DNA of 64,000 nucleotides, taken from an uncultured Nitrososphaerota archaeon (GTDB lineage: Archaea > Thermoproteota > Nitrososphaeria > Nitrososphaerales > Gagatemarchaeaceae). Positions 30,495 to 41,614 of the stretch are shown piece after piece. Both the position numbers and the translations under genes were made by a program. Location: NCBI GenBank assembly GCA_963703285.1, contig OY969807.1, positions 480,001-544,000 on the forward strand. Reading direction: 5' to 3'. Under the pieces are notes generated by a model. The model saw only the letters and a program-made list of their open reading frames with translations, was not told the origin of the DNA and ran no database searches. Position 1 is the stretch's first letter. Every line of letters starts with the position of its first letter.

Positions 30495-31694
30495 TCATCG
30501 CTTCAGGAGGCCCAGTTCGGCCCCTACCCTGCGGAAGGCCGAGATGGCGAAGTCGAGGTCCTCTTTGGTGAGCGCCGCGTTGATGATGGTCCTCACCCTC
30601 GCCTTGTCCTTTGCGACCATGGGGAAGACTATGGGGAGGGCGAACACCCCCTCCTCGAAGAGGCGGTCGCTGAGCCGCTTGGCCGCTCCGCTCCCGCCAA
30701 CCATTATCGGGATTATGGGCGTCTCGCTCTTCCCCGTGTCGAACCCCATGCCAACCATCGCCGCCCGGAAGTACCCCGTGTTCTCCCAGAGGCTTCTGAC
30801 GTGCTGCGGCTCCTGCTCGAGGAGGTCTATCGCAGCCGTGCACGCAGCCAGGACGGCCGGAGGGGAGGATCCCGTCAGGAGCAGCGTACGCGACTTGTTG
30901 TAGGCGAAGTCTATCAGCTCGTGCGACCCCGAGACGTGACCGCCGACGACGCCGAAGGCCTTCGAGAACGTCCCCATCTCGACCTGCACTTCCTCCCTGC
31001 TCAGGTGGAAGTGAGAGACTATCCCCCTCCCGTTCTCCCCCAGGACGCCCTCTCCGTGCGCGTCGTCGACGTAGACCATAGCGCCGTGCTCTCGCCCGAG
31101 CCGGGCGACGGCGTCCAGCGGCGCAATGTCTCCGTCCATGGAGAAGACGCCGTCGGTGATTACAAGGATCCTCCGATACGCCGGGACGTGACGCTCAGCC
31201 TCTTCGAGCACGCGGCCGAGGTCGTCCATGTCCCTGTGCTTGTAGACTCCCCTCTCCGCCCGGGAGAGCCGGACGCCGTCGATGATGCTTCCGTGGTTGA
31301 GCTCGTCGCTTACGATGAGGTCCTCGGCTCCCACAAGCTGGGGGATGAGCCCCGAGTTCACGGCGTAGCCCGTCTGGTACACCAGCGAGGCCTCCGCCAC
31401 CTTGAACCGGGCGAGCCTTCTCTCGAGCTCCCTGTGGAGGTCCATCGTACCCGCGATGGTCCTCACCGAGCCAGAGCCGGCGCCGCGCTCCTGGACCGCC
31501 CTTATCGCGGCCTCCTTCAGCCTCGGGTGGTCGCTGAACCCCAGATAGTTGTTGGAGCAGAGCATGAGCACCCTCTTCCCGTCGACGACGCACCATGGGT
31601 CGCTCGGGGTCTGGAGGACGCGGACCTTCCAGTCCAGCCCGCTCGCAACGAGCTCGTCGTACTCGGCCTTGAGAAACGCCGCGGGATCTCTCAT
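30495..31694 (-). CDS. kbl: Glycine C-acetyltransferase (2-amino-3-ketobutyrate CoA ligase)/BioF family
   Basis: CSNNYLG, LNHGSIIDG, VDDAHG and GTFSKAFG; adjacent to threonine dehydrogenase. Confidence 0.88.
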   Translation of the reverse strand: MRDPAAFLKAEYDELVASGLDWKVRVLQTPSDPWCVVDGKRVLMLCSNNYLGFSDHPRLKEAAIRAVQERGAGSGSVRTIAGTMDLHRELERRLARFKVAEASLVYQTGYAVNSGLIPQLVGAEDLIVSDELNHGSIIDGVRLSRAERGVYKHRDMDDLGRVLEEAERHVPAYRRILVITDGVFSMDGDIAPLDAVARLGREHGAMVYVDDAHGEGVLGENGRGIVSHFHLSREEVQVEMGTFSKAFGVVGGHVSGSHELIDFAYNKSRTLLLTGSSPPAVLAACTAAIDLLEQEPQHVRSLWENTGYFRAAMVGMGFDTGKSETPIIPIMVGGSGAAKRLSDRLFEEGVFALPIVFPMVAKDKARVRTIINAALTKEDLDFAISAFRRVGAELGLLKR

Positions 31695-31751
31695 CTGGGA
31701 AACCAGCTCATCGGCGGTCGGATTCCGACCTTTATCTCCTCATCGCTGGCG

Positions 31752-32741
31752 TCACGCCCGTCGTGACGCGGCTCGGGACCGTCGTTTGGGCAGCTTCTCG
31801 GAGAGCCTGCGGATCATGTCGTCTACGATGAACGGCAGGTCACAGCTCGGCTTCCACCCCCAGTCGTGGCGGGCCCGGGAATCGTCCATGGACCGCGGCC
31901 AGGAGTCTGCTATCTTCTGCCTAAAGTCCGGCACGTAGTAACACTTGAAACCGGGGACGCGCTTCGCTATCTCGGTCGCGAGCTCCGCGGCAGAGAAGCT
32001 TACGCCCGTGACGTTGTATCCCATGCGGTAACTCACCCGTCGTGGCGGCGCCTCCATGAGATCGAGCGCGGCGCTTATGCAGTCCGGCATGTACATCATC
32101 GGGAGCACCGTGTCCGCCCTGACGAAGCTTGTGTATCGGCCGTCCCTTATGGCGGCGTAGAATATCTCGACCGCGTAGTCAGTCGTGCCGCCTCCGGGGG
32201 GCGTCTCACTGCTTATGATGCCAGGGTACCTCACGCTCCTCACGTCGACGCCGAGGTTGTCGTGATAGTACTTGCAGAGGAGCTCTCCCGCGACCTTGGT
32301 GGTCCCGTACATCGTGCGCGGGATCAGGACCGCATCCTGTGGCGCGCTGTCCCTGGGGACCCCTTCGCCGAACACCGCGACGGAGCTCGGCCAGAAGACC
32401 CTCAACCCCATCTTCGCCGAGAGCTTGAGCACGTTCCGCAGCCCCTCGACGTTCACGCGCCACGCGAGCTCGGGGTTCTCCTCCCCCACCGCAGAGAGGA
32501 CCCCCGCGAGGTGGTAGATTGTGCCGACGCGGTGCTTCCTCACGGCCTCCCCTAGCGCAGATGCGTCCGTGACATCGAGATGGTCCGATGGCCCGTCCCC
32601 GAGCGTACGGGCGGGTCGTTGGGGGAAGAATCCAGCGACCACCCGCTCCCTCCCGTACCTCCTGCGAAGTTCGACCGTCAGCTCGGAGCCGATCTGCCCG
32701 GTCGATCCCGTGACGAGGATGTTCGTGCTCCTTCTGGGCAA
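31752..32741 (-). CDS. L-threonine 3-dehydrogenase (SDR/epimerase type)
   Basis: GSTGQIG, YGTTK, PPGGGTTDYAVEIF and IADSWP. Confidence 0.88.
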   Translation of the reverse strand: MPRRSTNILVTGSTGQIGSELTVELRRRYGRERVVAGFFPQRPARTLGDGPSDHLDVTDASALGEAVRKHRVGTIYHLAGVLSAVGEENPELAWRVNVEGLRNVLKLSAKMGLRVFWPSSVAVFGEGVPRDSAPQDAVLIPRTMYGTTKVAGELLCKYYHDNLGVDVRSVRYPGIISSETPPGGGTTDYAVEIFYAAIRDGRYTSFVRADTVLPMMYMPDCISAALDLMEAPPRRVSYRMGYNVTGVSFSAAELATEIAKRVPGFKCYYVPDFRQKIADSWPRSMDDSRARHDWGWKPSCDLPFIVDDMIRRLSEKLPKRRSRAASRRA

Positions 32742-32921
32742 CCGCGACGCGCCCTTCGGCGCATTATGTAAGCCTTGAAGCGCCTCCTCGGGGGATTTGG
32801 GAAGAGCTAGGAGAACGACGAACGTCCGGCAGTCGTTGGTACACGCGGGGTGCTGTTTGTTGGAAGAGCGCCGCACGCAGGCTTGAACGCTTAAATATCT
32901 GCCCGGAGCGGCTGAACAATT

Positions 32922-33236
32922 ATGGCACTAACTGATCCACTGCAATGGGTGGTCATCGCAGTTGTGGCAATCGTCTTCCTGATGTACGGGCCGAAGAAGA
33001 TTCCCGAACTGGCAAGGTCTATCGGCTTGGCTAGGAAGGAGTTCAACGACGCCTCGAAGGTCGCGGCAGGGGACGTGCCTCTGGTAAGCACCGCGGCAGC
33101 GGCAACCACAGCGCCCGCCATCGCCTCCACGGGGGACACCCTCATCGACACGGCAAAGCGGTTGGGCATCTCCACCGAGGGCAAGACGCGGGACCAGATT
33201 TCGTCAGAGATAGTCGCGAAAGCACATAGCAGCTAG
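32922..33236 (+). CDS. tatA: Twin-arginine translocase TatA
   Basis: TM followed by YGPKKIPELARSIGLARKEF. Confidence 0.92.
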   Translation: MALTDPLQWVVIAVVAIVFLMYGPKKIPELARSIGLARKEFNDASKVAAGDVPLVSTAAAATTAPAIASTGDTLIDTAKRLGISTEGKTRDQISSEIVAKAHSS

Positions 33237-33391
33237 GGACGTATCCTTAGCTTCTTAGGCTGCTGGAAGCTTCTCCTGAAACGAAGTCCGTACGGTAGGT
33301 CTTGCAACGCCGACCCAGATTCGGGTTAGTCTCTCTCCTTGGGACCCTCCCCCATTTTAAATATGCCAAGGGGCGATCGCAGCCCCACCCA

Positions 33392-33790
33392 ATGTCAACG
33401 CCTCCGAACGTCTCAGAGAACGACTACAACTCTCCCGGCTTCTGGAGCGAGAAGCCCGAGTCCTGGCACGACTTCATGCCGGGCGTCAGAAGGCGGATTC
33501 TCATGAACACCTCGGCGGCGACGGGGACGCTCTACAAGCTCGACGGCGGGGCGGAGGTGCCCCTCCACTCGCACCCCCAAGCCCAGTACGGCGTCTGCAT
33601 CGAGGGGAGCGGAGTCTTCAGCGTGGGAGACAAGACCTGGAGGATGAAGAAGGGCGACTCGTACTACATCCCGCCCTCAGTGACGCACGGTCTCAGGATT
33701 GACGTGGGAGGCGACGCCACCCTAGTCGAGTTCTTCACCCCGATGCGAAGGGACTTCCTCAGGGAGACGCAGCCACCCGACGGACCGTGA
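33392..33790 (+). CDS. Cupin domain protein
   Basis: PLHSHPQAQ and GDSYYIPPSVTHG. Confidence 0.88.
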   Translation: MSTPPNVSENDYNSPGFWSEKPESWHDFMPGVRRRILMNTSAATGTLYKLDGGAEVPLHSHPQAQYGVCIEGSGVFSVGDKTWRMKKGDSYYIPPSVTHGLRIDVGGDATLVEFFTPMRRDFLRETQPPDGP

Positions 33791-33795
33791 CCATC

Positions 33796-35604
33796 TCAGA
33801 CGTAGTCCAGGGCCTTCCTCGCGCCCGGCGAGGTCCTGTAGTCCTGGTATCGCAAAGGTTCGTCGCCCTCCGAGCGGGCCCACGACCGGAAGAGCGCCTT
33901 CTCTGCCTCGCCCGCGACCTCTTTCCTCTGGATCCTGTGCTCTAGAACCGGTCTGGCGCTGAGGCGCGCCTTCGTCTGGCGCATGAGACCCTCCCTTGCG
34001 AAGGTTACGGTGACCTCCGACCCCGGCGCCGCGTTCGCGACGCAGTACGACAGCCTCTGGCCGTCCATCCTCAGACCGTCGAGCGCGATGATCTCGTCGC
34101 CCGCGGAGAGGTCCGCCGCCTCTGCCGGGCTGTCGGAAAGCCTGCTCACGACCGTAAGCCCGCGGATGGAGCTGACCTTCAAGCCAAGGAAGCCCTCGGG
34201 GTTCTCCGTAGGCTTCTTCGGCTGCAGGGTCAGCCCGGCGTATCCCAGGTATCGCCCGAAGTCGATCGAGTCCCTCCCCCTGACGAACCTCTCGAATATC
34301 TCGTCTGTGGCTCCTCCCGACGCCTTCGAGCACGCGGCCTGGAACTCCATATCGGTGAAGCCCCTGCTCCTCTTGAAGGTCTCGCGATAGACCTCGCGCA
34401 TGGCGTAATCGAGGCTCTTCTCCGAGGACGAGCTCCTCCTTATCTCCAGGTCGAGGATGGTACCCAGAGCCGAGCCCTGCCTGTAGTATGATGGCGAGAC
34501 GTTCGGCGAGTTCTCGTCCTCCCTGTAGAACTTGATCCAGGTGTCGAAGCTGGACTCCTCCGGGCTCAGGCGCCTGCTCGACGGAAGTGCCATCAGCGGG
34601 TCTATCTCCTCGCAGACCAGGTCGAGGAACTCGGGGACGGAGATCAGGTTGGCCCTTCTTAGAATCAGGTTGTCGTAGTAGCTGGTGATGCCTTCGGAGA
34701 TCCAGAGCGACCTGGTGTAGTTCTCTCGGGAGTAGTCGAAGGGTCCGAGCGCCTCCGGCCGCATCCTCTTCACGTTCCAGGCGTGGAAGAACTCGTGGCT
34801 GAAGAGCGAGAGCATCTTCCTGTACTCGGGCGGAGAGGAGGCCGAGAGGTAGCTTGCAATGCAGAGTGTGCTGTTCAGGTGCTCGAGCCCCCCGAATCCG
34901 TCGTCCGTGAAGTCGATCATGAAGAGGTACCGTGCGTACGGGATCTCCCCGAAGACGGGAGCGGTGGCCGCGACTATCTTCCTGAGGTCCTCCGTGAGGC
35001 GCGCTTCGTCGATGGACCTCGGCGCGTATATGGCCACCTGGTGCTCGACGCCGTCCACCTCGAAGGACCGAACGTGCTGGTTACCCGCCTCGATCGGGGA
35101 GTCGACCAGGACATCGTAGTCGGGCGCCTCGAAGACCCAGCCAGGCTCGTCGCGCCGGACCAGACCGGTAGAGACCACCTTCCATGATGCGGGGGGGACG
35201 ACCTCGACGGTGAGGGGCTCACGCTCGTGCCCCACCACGAACAGGAAGACGCTCGCGCCGTTGACGATTGCGTGGTCGACGTCGAGATAGCTCTGGCTCG
35301 TCTCGTGCCTGAAGGCGTACACCCGGTAGGTCACCTCGAGCACGTCCGACCCCTGGGTCGAGACGGACCAACGGTCCTTCGCGCTCTTCACAGCGGTCAG
35401 GGGTCTGCCCGCCCCGTCGACGGCCGCGAGGTCTATCACGTTGCGGGAGAACTCCCGGACCAGATACGAACCGGGCGTCCAGACGGGCATCGCGAGGGCG
35501 ACGTCCGCGCCGAGGGACGGCGGCTCCATATCCTCTATCCTCATCCAGACCGTGAAATAGTGGGTCCACGGCTGTTCCATCCGGACCTTGTAACGCGTCT
35601 TCAT
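33796..35604 (-). CDS. M61 glycyl aminopeptidase with PDZ domain
   Basis: MPVWTPGSY, GGLEH, HEFFHAWN and LWISEGITSYY; C-terminal PDZ. Confidence 0.93.
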   Translation of the reverse strand: MKTRYKVRMEQPWTHYFTVWMRIEDMEPPSLGADVALAMPVWTPGSYLVREFSRNVIDLAAVDGAGRPLTAVKSAKDRWSVSTQGSDVLEVTYRVYAFRHETSQSYLDVDHAIVNGASVFLFVVGHEREPLTVEVVPPASWKVVSTGLVRRDEPGWVFEAPDYDVLVDSPIEAGNQHVRSFEVDGVEHQVAIYAPRSIDEARLTEDLRKIVAATAPVFGEIPYARYLFMIDFTDDGFGGLEHLNSTLCIASYLSASSPPEYRKMLSLFSHEFFHAWNVKRMRPEALGPFDYSRENYTRSLWISEGITSYYDNLILRRANLISVPEFLDLVCEEIDPLMALPSSRRLSPEESSFDTWIKFYREDENSPNVSPSYYRQGSALGTILDLEIRRSSSSEKSLDYAMREVYRETFKRSRGFTDMEFQAACSKASGGATDEIFERFVRGRDSIDFGRYLGYAGLTLQPKKPTENPEGFLGLKVSSIRGLTVVSRLSDSPAEAADLSAGDEIIALDGLRMDGQRLSYCVANAAPGSEVTVTFAREGLMRQTKARLSARPVLEHRIQRKEVAGEAEKALFRSWARSEGDEPLRYQDYRTSPGARKALDYV

Positions 35605-35606
35605 CC

Positions 35607-37040
35607 TTAGGGTCGCCTGGGAGGGGGCCCTGCGGTATTTAGTCTGTCGAGCCGGAAGGCTCTGTGGATCGCCCTGACCGCCTCCTTCCCATCGGATTCG
35701 TGGACGACGAACGAGATGTTCTGCTCCGAGGAGCCCTGGGCTATCATCCTGACGTTGATGCCGCTCGCCGCGACGGCGCCAAAGACCTTGGATGCTATCC
35801 CCTTGACCCCCCTCATGCCGCCGCCGACGACCGCGACCGCGCTGACGTCGTCCTCGTAGTTCACCTGCTTCAGCCCTCCCTCTCCGAGCATCGAGAGTTC
35901 CAGGGCGTTTACCGCCCTCTGGATCCCCTGCCTGCTCACCACCATGCTGATGTTCGACTCGGAGACGCTCTGCGAGATCATCAAGATGTTTGTCCCGCTC
36001 TTCGCGACGATCTCGAAGATCCTTGCGGCAGACCCGGGGCGCCCCACCATGCTGGCGCCGGTGAGAGTGATTATCGCCACCCCCTTGACGAGCGCGACCG
36101 ACTTCACTATGTTCCGCGGGTACGCTCTCGGGTCGCGCCTGACGACCGTGCCCGGCTGGTCTGGCCTGAAGGTGTTCTTGAAGCGGACGGGGATTCCCTT
36201 CTCGGCCACGGGCTCCAGCGTCCTAGGGTGCAGCGCCTTCGCCCCGAAGACGGCCATCTCGCCCGCCTCGGCGTAGGATACCTCGCTCAGGACCCTGGCA
36301 TCGGGTACCGTCTTGGGGTCGGCCGTCATCAGCCCGTCGACGTCGCTCCAGATCCACACCTCGTCGGCTCCGATGGAGGAGGCGATGAGCGTGGCCGTGA
36401 GGTCGGAACCCCCCCGCCCGAAGGTTGTGACCTCGCCTCCCTGCGTCGCACCGATGTACCCCGTGATGACAGGCACCTTCCCGTCGGCCAGGAGGGGCGC
36501 CAGCCTCTCGCCGACCTGGTACCTCGTCATCTCCATGAGGGGCGCCGCGTCGCCGAACCGGTCGTCGGTCATTATCCCGCACTCGCCGCCGGTCATGTAG
36601 ACCGATTCGACGCCCCGCTCGAGGAGCGCCCCCCACACGATGGGGTTGGAGAGCCTCTCCCCACAGGAGAGGATGCTGTCCCTCGACCTGGGGGTTACCT
36701 CGCGCAGGATGGTGGAGGCGAAGGCCAGCTTCTCCAGCTGCCCGAGCGTCTCCTCCATCCTCCGCCTCACCTTCGCCACCGTCGCGGACGACCTTACCGC
36801 GGCCTTCAGCGCCGCCTCGTGACTCTCCCTGATTGCAATCAGCCTGGCTTCGACGAGCTCCTCCGAGCCCGACCTCGCGTCCTCGGCGAGGGCTATGAGG
36901 TGGTCGGTCACGTCCCCCATCCCGGAACAGACCACGACTATGCTGTTCCCTTCGGAGAACCTGGCCGCGAGCCTCGCGACCTCCCCAATCCTCCTGCCGT
37001 CGGCGACGGACGAGCCGCCGAACTTCATGACGACCTTCAT
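35607..37040 (-). CDS. lysC: Aspartate kinase
   Basis: MKFGGSS, GRGGSD and [10 protein letters not shown]; two ACT domains. Confidence 0.95.
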   Translation of the reverse strand: MKVVMKFGGSSVADGRRIGEVARLAARFSEGNSIVVVCSGMGDVTDHLIALAEDARSGSEELVEARLIAIRESHEAALKAAVRSSATVAKVRRRMEETLGQLEKLAFASTILREVTPRSRDSILSCGERLSNPIVWGALLERGVESVYMTGGECGIMTDDRFGDAAPLMEMTRYQVGERLAPLLADGKVPVITGYIGATQGGEVTTFGRGGSDLTATLIASSIGADEVWIWSDVDGLMTADPKTVPDARVLSEVSYAEAGEMAVFGAKALHPRTLEPVAEKGIPVRFKNTFRPDQPGTVVRRDPRAYPRNIVKSVALVKGVAIITLTGASMVGRPGSAARIFEIVAKSGTNILMISQSVSESNISMVVSRQGIQRAVNALELSMLGEGGLKQVNYEDDVSAVAVVGGGMRGVKGIASKVFGAVAASGINVRMIAQGSSEQNISFVVHESDGKEAVRAIHRAFRLDRLNTAGPPPRRP

Positions 37041-38050
37041 TGCGTCCCTCCCCCGCCGAGGCGACCGCGTATTTCAATCAGGTCTCTCAGGAGCGAGGAG
37101 GCCGTCTCGGGGCCGCCGGCGCCCTTCCCCACTATAACCTTCGGGCCCGAGTACCTGCAGTGGAACTTCACCGCGTTGTAGGGGCCGCTTATGCAGAGGG
37201 GGTCGTCCCTCGGTATGGCAAGCGGTGCGACGGAGAGGTCGCCGTCTGCGGTTGCGATCAGCCTCACCGCGGCGCCTTTCGCTGCCGCGCGGGCTAGCTC
37301 CCCGGGCGAGATCTGCCCTATGCCCCGCACCTTGACCTCCCTGGCCGTCTTCCTGCTGAGGTTCAGGTGGTTGGCGATTATCGCGAGCTTCACGGCGCTG
37401 TCGAACCCGTTGATGTCGAGGGACGGGTCCGTCTCGGCGTACCCCTCCGCCTGCGCCAGGGAGAGCGCCTGCTCGAAGCCGAGCCCGTCCTGCTCCATCT
37501 TCGTCAGTATGAAGTTGCACGTCCCGTTGAGTATTCCCGTGACGCTCGTGATCTCGTCGCCGATCGAGCAGGTCCTCCCGAAGTCGAGTATGGGCGTCCC
37601 TCCGCCCACGGCTCCGCTGTACCTGAACTGCACCGAGTTGTGACGGGCGAGCTCCCTGAGCGCGTGGAAGGCGACTCCCAGCGGGCCCTTGTTGCAGGTG
37701 ATGACGCTCTTCTTCGAGACGAAAGCGGCCTTGATGTGCCCGAGACCGGGCTCTCCGGTCCTGAAGTCCGTCGGCGTCGTCTCGACCATCACGTCCGCTT
37801 CGGTCTGGCCGATTATCTGGGCGGTGGTCCGGGCGCCAAGGCCCGAACGGACATGACCCTCCCTCTTCTTGAGCCTTATCGCCCTCGCGAGGTCTAGGCC
37901 GCGCTCGTCCGTCACCGAGCCGGTACTGTCCACGATGGCGACCACCCGGGGGACGAGGCCGTAGGTGGCGACGAGCTCCTTCTCCTTGCGGGCGAGCAGC
38001 GCGGCGAAACTCTGCCCCACCACGCCGAACCCAGCGAGGACGAGTCTCAC
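37037..38050 (-). CDS. hom: Homoserine dehydrogenase
   Basis: GFGVVG, NKGP, GILNGTCNFIL and GAGGPETAS. Confidence 0.95.
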   Translation of the reverse strand: MRLVLAGFGVVGQSFAALLARKEKELVATYGLVPRVVAIVDSTGSVTDERGLDLARAIRLKKREGHVRSGLGARTTAQIIGQTEADVMVETTPTDFRTGEPGLGHIKAAFVSKKSVITCNKGPLGVAFHALRELARHNSVQFRYSGAVGGGTPILDFGRTCSIGDEITSVTGILNGTCNFILTKMEQDGLGFEQALSLAQAEGYAETDPSLDINGFDSAVKLAIIANHLNLSRKTAREVKVRGIGQISPGELARAAAKGAAVRLIATADGDLSVAPLAIPRDDPLCISGPYNAVKFHCRYSGPKVIVGKGAGGPETASSLLRDLIEIRGRLGGGGTQ

Positions 38051-38161
38051 ACTCGACCGGCCTCCGCTCCCGCATTTGAGGGTTTGGAAAAAGGGCGAAC
38101 TTTGGCCGGAGATCTCTTCTCAACATTAAATACCGATGACCTTGGGGGCTCGAACGCAAGC

Positions 38162-39373
38162 TTGTCCTACCGTTATCTCGAAAGGCTCGAGAACTCCGTC
38201 GCTCTTCACGAACAATGGAGGAACACGGAGTGTCTCAACATGATAGCGTCAGAGAACTTCGCGAGCCCCGAGGCGAGGCGGATGCTAACGACGGACTTCT
38301 GCAACCGCTACACGGCTTCAGACAAGTTCTACAGAGGCTCGAAGTACACCGACGAGGTCCAGGCGCTGGCCGAGGAGGTGGCGCGAAAGGTCTTCAACGC
38401 GAGGTTCGCTGACGTGCGCCCGCTCTCGGGGCACATCGCCGACATGGCGGTGATGCAGGGGCTCACGAAGCGCGGCAGCAAGGTGCTCTCGGTGGGTCTG
38501 GAGGACGGGGGCTACCAGGGGTTCTCCCAGTCCAGCCTCGGGGCGCTGTTCGGCGTCAAGGACCTCTACTTCCCGTACGACAAGGAAGAGGTCAACATCG
38601 ACGTCAGGGAGACCAAGAAGCTCGTCGCGGACGAGAAGCCCGACCTGATCGTGTTCGGCTCGAGTTTCATACCGTTTCCACACCCGGTGAAGGAGATCAC
38701 CGCCGCGGCAGACGATGCGGTCTGCGTCTACGACGGGTCCCACGTGATGGGGCTTCTCGCGGGCGGGGAATTCCAGGACCCGCTCAGAGAGGGTTGCTCC
38801 CTCCTCATGGGCTCGACGCACAAGAGCTTCCCCGGCCCCCAGGGAGGGATTATCCTCTCCAACAACGAGGAGGTCTTCAAGAGGGTGTCGGCCGACCTGT
38901 ACCCCATGATAGTCGACAACATCCACTGGAACAGGGTCGCGTCCCTGGCGCTGACGCTCATGGAGCTCCTCCAGTTCGGGAAGGCCTACTCGCAGGCCGT
39001 CATCAAGAACTCGCAGACCCTGGGGAAGGCGCTGGCGAAGAACGGCGTGATCGTGAGGGGCGCGTCGGGCGGCTACTCCAAGTCGCACCAGGTCCTCCTG
39101 GGCTACGAGAAGAACAAGAGCGCGTTCATAGGGAAGCGCCTGGAGGATGCGAACATCATCATCGACAATCTCGGCAGGGTAGGCACGAGCGAGGTGACGC
39201 GAATGGGGATGGGCCCTTCACAGATGGAGGAGATAGCCGAGTTGATCGCGACGGTGATCCACGGGAAGAAGCCGGCCGATGTCGTCAAGAAGAGGGTGCG
39301 GTCCCTCACCAAGGACTTCAGGACACCTCGATACGTGCTCAGGAGCGCGGCCGAGGCGACCGAGAAGGCCTGA
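38162..39373 (+). CDS. glyA: Serine hydroxymethyltransferase
   Basis: MIASEN, YDGSHVMGL and STHKSFPGPQGG. Confidence 0.95.
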   Translation: MSYRYLERLENSVALHEQWRNTECLNMIASENFASPEARRMLTTDFCNRYTASDKFYRGSKYTDEVQALAEEVARKVFNARFADVRPLSGHIADMAVMQGLTKRGSKVLSVGLEDGGYQGFSQSSLGALFGVKDLYFPYDKEEVNIDVRETKKLVADEKPDLIVFGSSFIPFPHPVKEITAAADDAVCVYDGSHVMGLLAGGEFQDPLREGCSLLMGSTHKSFPGPQGGIILSNNEEVFKRVSADLYPMIVDNIHWNRVASLALTLMELLQFGKAYSQAVIKNSQTLGKALAKNGVIVRGASGGYSKSHQVLLGYEKNKSAFIGKRLEDANIIIDNLGRVGTSEVTRMGMGPSQMEEIAELIATVIHGKKPADVVKKRVRSLTKDFRTPRYVLRSAAEATEKA

Positions 39374-39446
39374 CCGTCCACCGCGCGTCGCGCTCTCGCG
39401 CAGGAGCCCTCGACCCTAGTGCCGCAGTTCAGGGCGCGGGAGCGAC

Positions 39447-39464
39447 ATTCTCAAATGCGAGAAT
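39447..39464. promoter_or_regulatory. TTCTCA-N4-TGAGAA-type palindrome (ATTCTCAAATGCGAGAAT), putative activator site
   Basis: 12 nt upstream of TTATTTAC box at 39477. Confidence 0.7.
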
Positions 39465-39516
39465 CATGTCCTGCCCTTATTTACCCCTCGGCGGCCGTTG
39501 GCTTCAAGTGCTAACA

Positions 39517-41442
39517 TTGCCGGAAGACAAAAACGGAAATAAACTGTCCAGGAGACAGTTCGTAGGAGTCGCGGCCGGAGGAGCCGCGGCGGTTGGCGCA
39601 GGGGTACTCCTTGCGCCGAGGCTCGCCTCCGCGGCGCCAAGTGCTGCGCCCGCGGCATTGGCGGCCCAACAGCTAGCAGCTAACCAGCTACAGCCGACGG
39701 CGTCGAGCGGTATCCCCTCGTCTTGGGACTACCAGGCGGACGTCGTTGTGATAGGAGCCGGAGCTGCAGGGATGACCGCGGCCATCGCGGCCTTCGAGGC
39801 GGGAGCGTCCGTCCTGGTCGTAGAGATGAACTACGACATCGGCGGCCACGCCATAGTGTCGGGAGGCACGGTGGACATCGGAGGCGGAACGTCCGCCCAG
39901 ATCGCCTACAACATCTCCGACTCGCCGGCCCAGGTCTTCGCGGACCTGACCTTCCCAACCACGGTGGGCACCTCAGCGGCCAACGGCCCGAACACGGGTG
40001 TCAACTGGGGAACTCCGGCGGTCCAGCCTTCGTTCTGCTCGCCCTACCAAGACAGGGGAATGTGCTGGACGATAGCCCAGAACAGTGTAGCTACTTTCAA
40101 CTGGCTGCTCGCCAACGGAGTCCAGTTCTCGGACACGGCGGTGGCTAACACGCCGCCCGCGACTTCCCACTGGAACCCGGTGTCCGGCATCGCGAGGAGC
40201 AACGTCCCATACTGGAACGGAGCTACGAGCTTCACCGCGAGCGCGGCGGCTCCCGGAGGCGCGGGAGGGACCGCGCTCATGAGGCCGCTCGAGGCAAAGG
40301 CACGCGCGCTCGGCGTACAGTTCCTGCTGAACTTCAGGATGACCAGCATCATCCGGGAGCAGCCGTACGGAGGGAACGTGCTCGGTATCACAGCTGAGGC
40401 GACGGGCGGGAGATTCCTACCGGGACAGACGACCGCCCTCCAGCCATACCTCACCCAGGGCAACATCACCCTCGAGAACTCCGTCGTGAACCTACGCGCT
40501 AACAAGGCCGTGGTCGTCGCTACCGGAGGCTGCACGAGCAACGTGTCCGCTCGCAGGGAGTACGACCCGAGGCTCTTCGCGGTCTACGACGTGGCCGGTG
40601 AGCCATACTCGTACGCGACGGGCGACGGTGAGTACGCAGCTCGCAGGATCGGCGCCAAGCTCTGGGCCACGGGCAACATGGCCGCGGAGAGGGGCCAGAA
40701 CTTCGCAAAGCCCGGGTACATCGGCTGCCGCTACGGATATCCCAACCTGCACTGGTCCCCATCAAGCCCCATATTCGCGCTCGCAGGAGCGAGCGGTCTC
40801 AGCGTGAGCAACTGGGATGGAATCATCCAGGTGAACATGGCGGGCGTGAGGTTCGTCAACGAGAGCTCGACCGGATCGCCTGAGGCGTTCGCGTGGATAG
40901 ACGCAGCGATGTCCATCAACGCGGCCGCCGCGGCGCCTGACTTCGACGCCGGACCGATCTGGACCATCTTCGACTCTGCCGCCGTCTCGCGGGAGGGCTG
41001 GACTCTGGGTGCACCCAACACAGACCCGCTCTTCTTCTACGAGGCGAACGACCTTCCCACACTCGCGCAGCAGATCAACACCAACGCGTACCAGACAACG
41101 ACCATGAGCGGAGCCGCTCTGCAGGCGACCATCACCAGGTACAACACACTGGTAACGGCGGGAGCTGGCGACACCGACTTCGGGAAGTCGCCCTTCAAGA
41201 ACCAGATCAGCACACCGCCGTACTATGCGGCATTCTCGGCGCCGGTGGTGCACGACACCCTCACAGGAGTTCACATAAACACGAGCTCACAGGTGATGGA
41301 CCTCGACGACAACGTCATCCCCAGACTGTACGCAGCGGGGGAGGTCGCCGGCGGGATGTCGGCCCACGGGCTCTTCAAGTGCCACGTCTTCGGCCTGATA
41401 GCGGGCAGGAACGCGGCAGCGGAAGCGCCGTTCCTGGGCTAA
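39517..41442 (+). CDS. Tat-exported FAD-dependent oxidoreductase (flavocytochrome c/FAD_binding_2 family), copy 1
   Basis: SRRQFV Tat motif, GAGAAG, ATGG, RFVNES and LYAAGE. Confidence 0.9.
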   Translation: MPEDKNGNKLSRRQFVGVAAGGAAAVGAGVLLAPRLASAAPSAAPAALAAQQLAANQLQPTASSGIPSSWDYQADVVVIGAGAAGMTAAIAAFEAGASVLVVEMNYDIGGHAIVSGGTVDIGGGTSAQIAYNISDSPAQVFADLTFPTTVGTSAANGPNTGVNWGTPAVQPSFCSPYQDRGMCWTIAQNSVATFNWLLANGVQFSDTAVANTPPATSHWNPVSGIARSNVPYWNGATSFTASAAAPGGAGGTALMRPLEAKARALGVQFLLNFRMTSIIREQPYGGNVLGITAEATGGRFLPGQTTALQPYLTQGNITLENSVVNLRANKAVVVATGGCTSNVSARREYDPRLFAVYDVAGEPYSYATGDGEYAARRIGAKLWATGNMAAERGQNFAKPGYIGCRYGYPNLHWSPSSPIFALAGASGLSVSNWDGIIQVNMAGVRFVNESSTGSPEAFAWIDAAMSINAAAAAPDFDAGPIWTIFDSAAVSREGWTLGAPNTDPLFFYEANDLPTLAQQINTNAYQTTTMSGAALQATITRYNTLVTAGAGDTDFGKSPFKNQISTPPYYAAFSAPVVHDTLTGVHINTSSQVMDLDDNVIPRLYAAGEVAGGMSAHGLFKCHVFGLIAGRNAAAEAPFLG

Positions 41443-41543
41443 GGAAGATTGCGTGAGGCCGTGGGAAGAGCGTATCTTCCCGGGCCCCACAACGGTTTTT
41501 TCAACCGTCCTTCGCAGGCGTAGCGGAAGCTGGCCATGGTGCG

Positions 41544-41561
41544 ATTCTCAATTGTGAGAAT
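41544..41561. promoter_or_regulatory. Palindrome ATTCTCAATTGTGAGAAT, putative activator site
   Basis: 12 nt upstream of TTAATTAC box at 41574. Confidence 0.72.
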
Positions 41562-41614
41562 GGTAGTCTGACCTTAATTACCGCGCCGCAGCCATCGCGG
41601 CTAAGTGCATACAA

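Noticed and set aside
38794-39516. 882-aa ORF suggesting a long N-terminal extension of flavoprotein 1
   Set aside because: It overlaps glyA in another frame; the TATA box and Tat signal place the real start at 39517.
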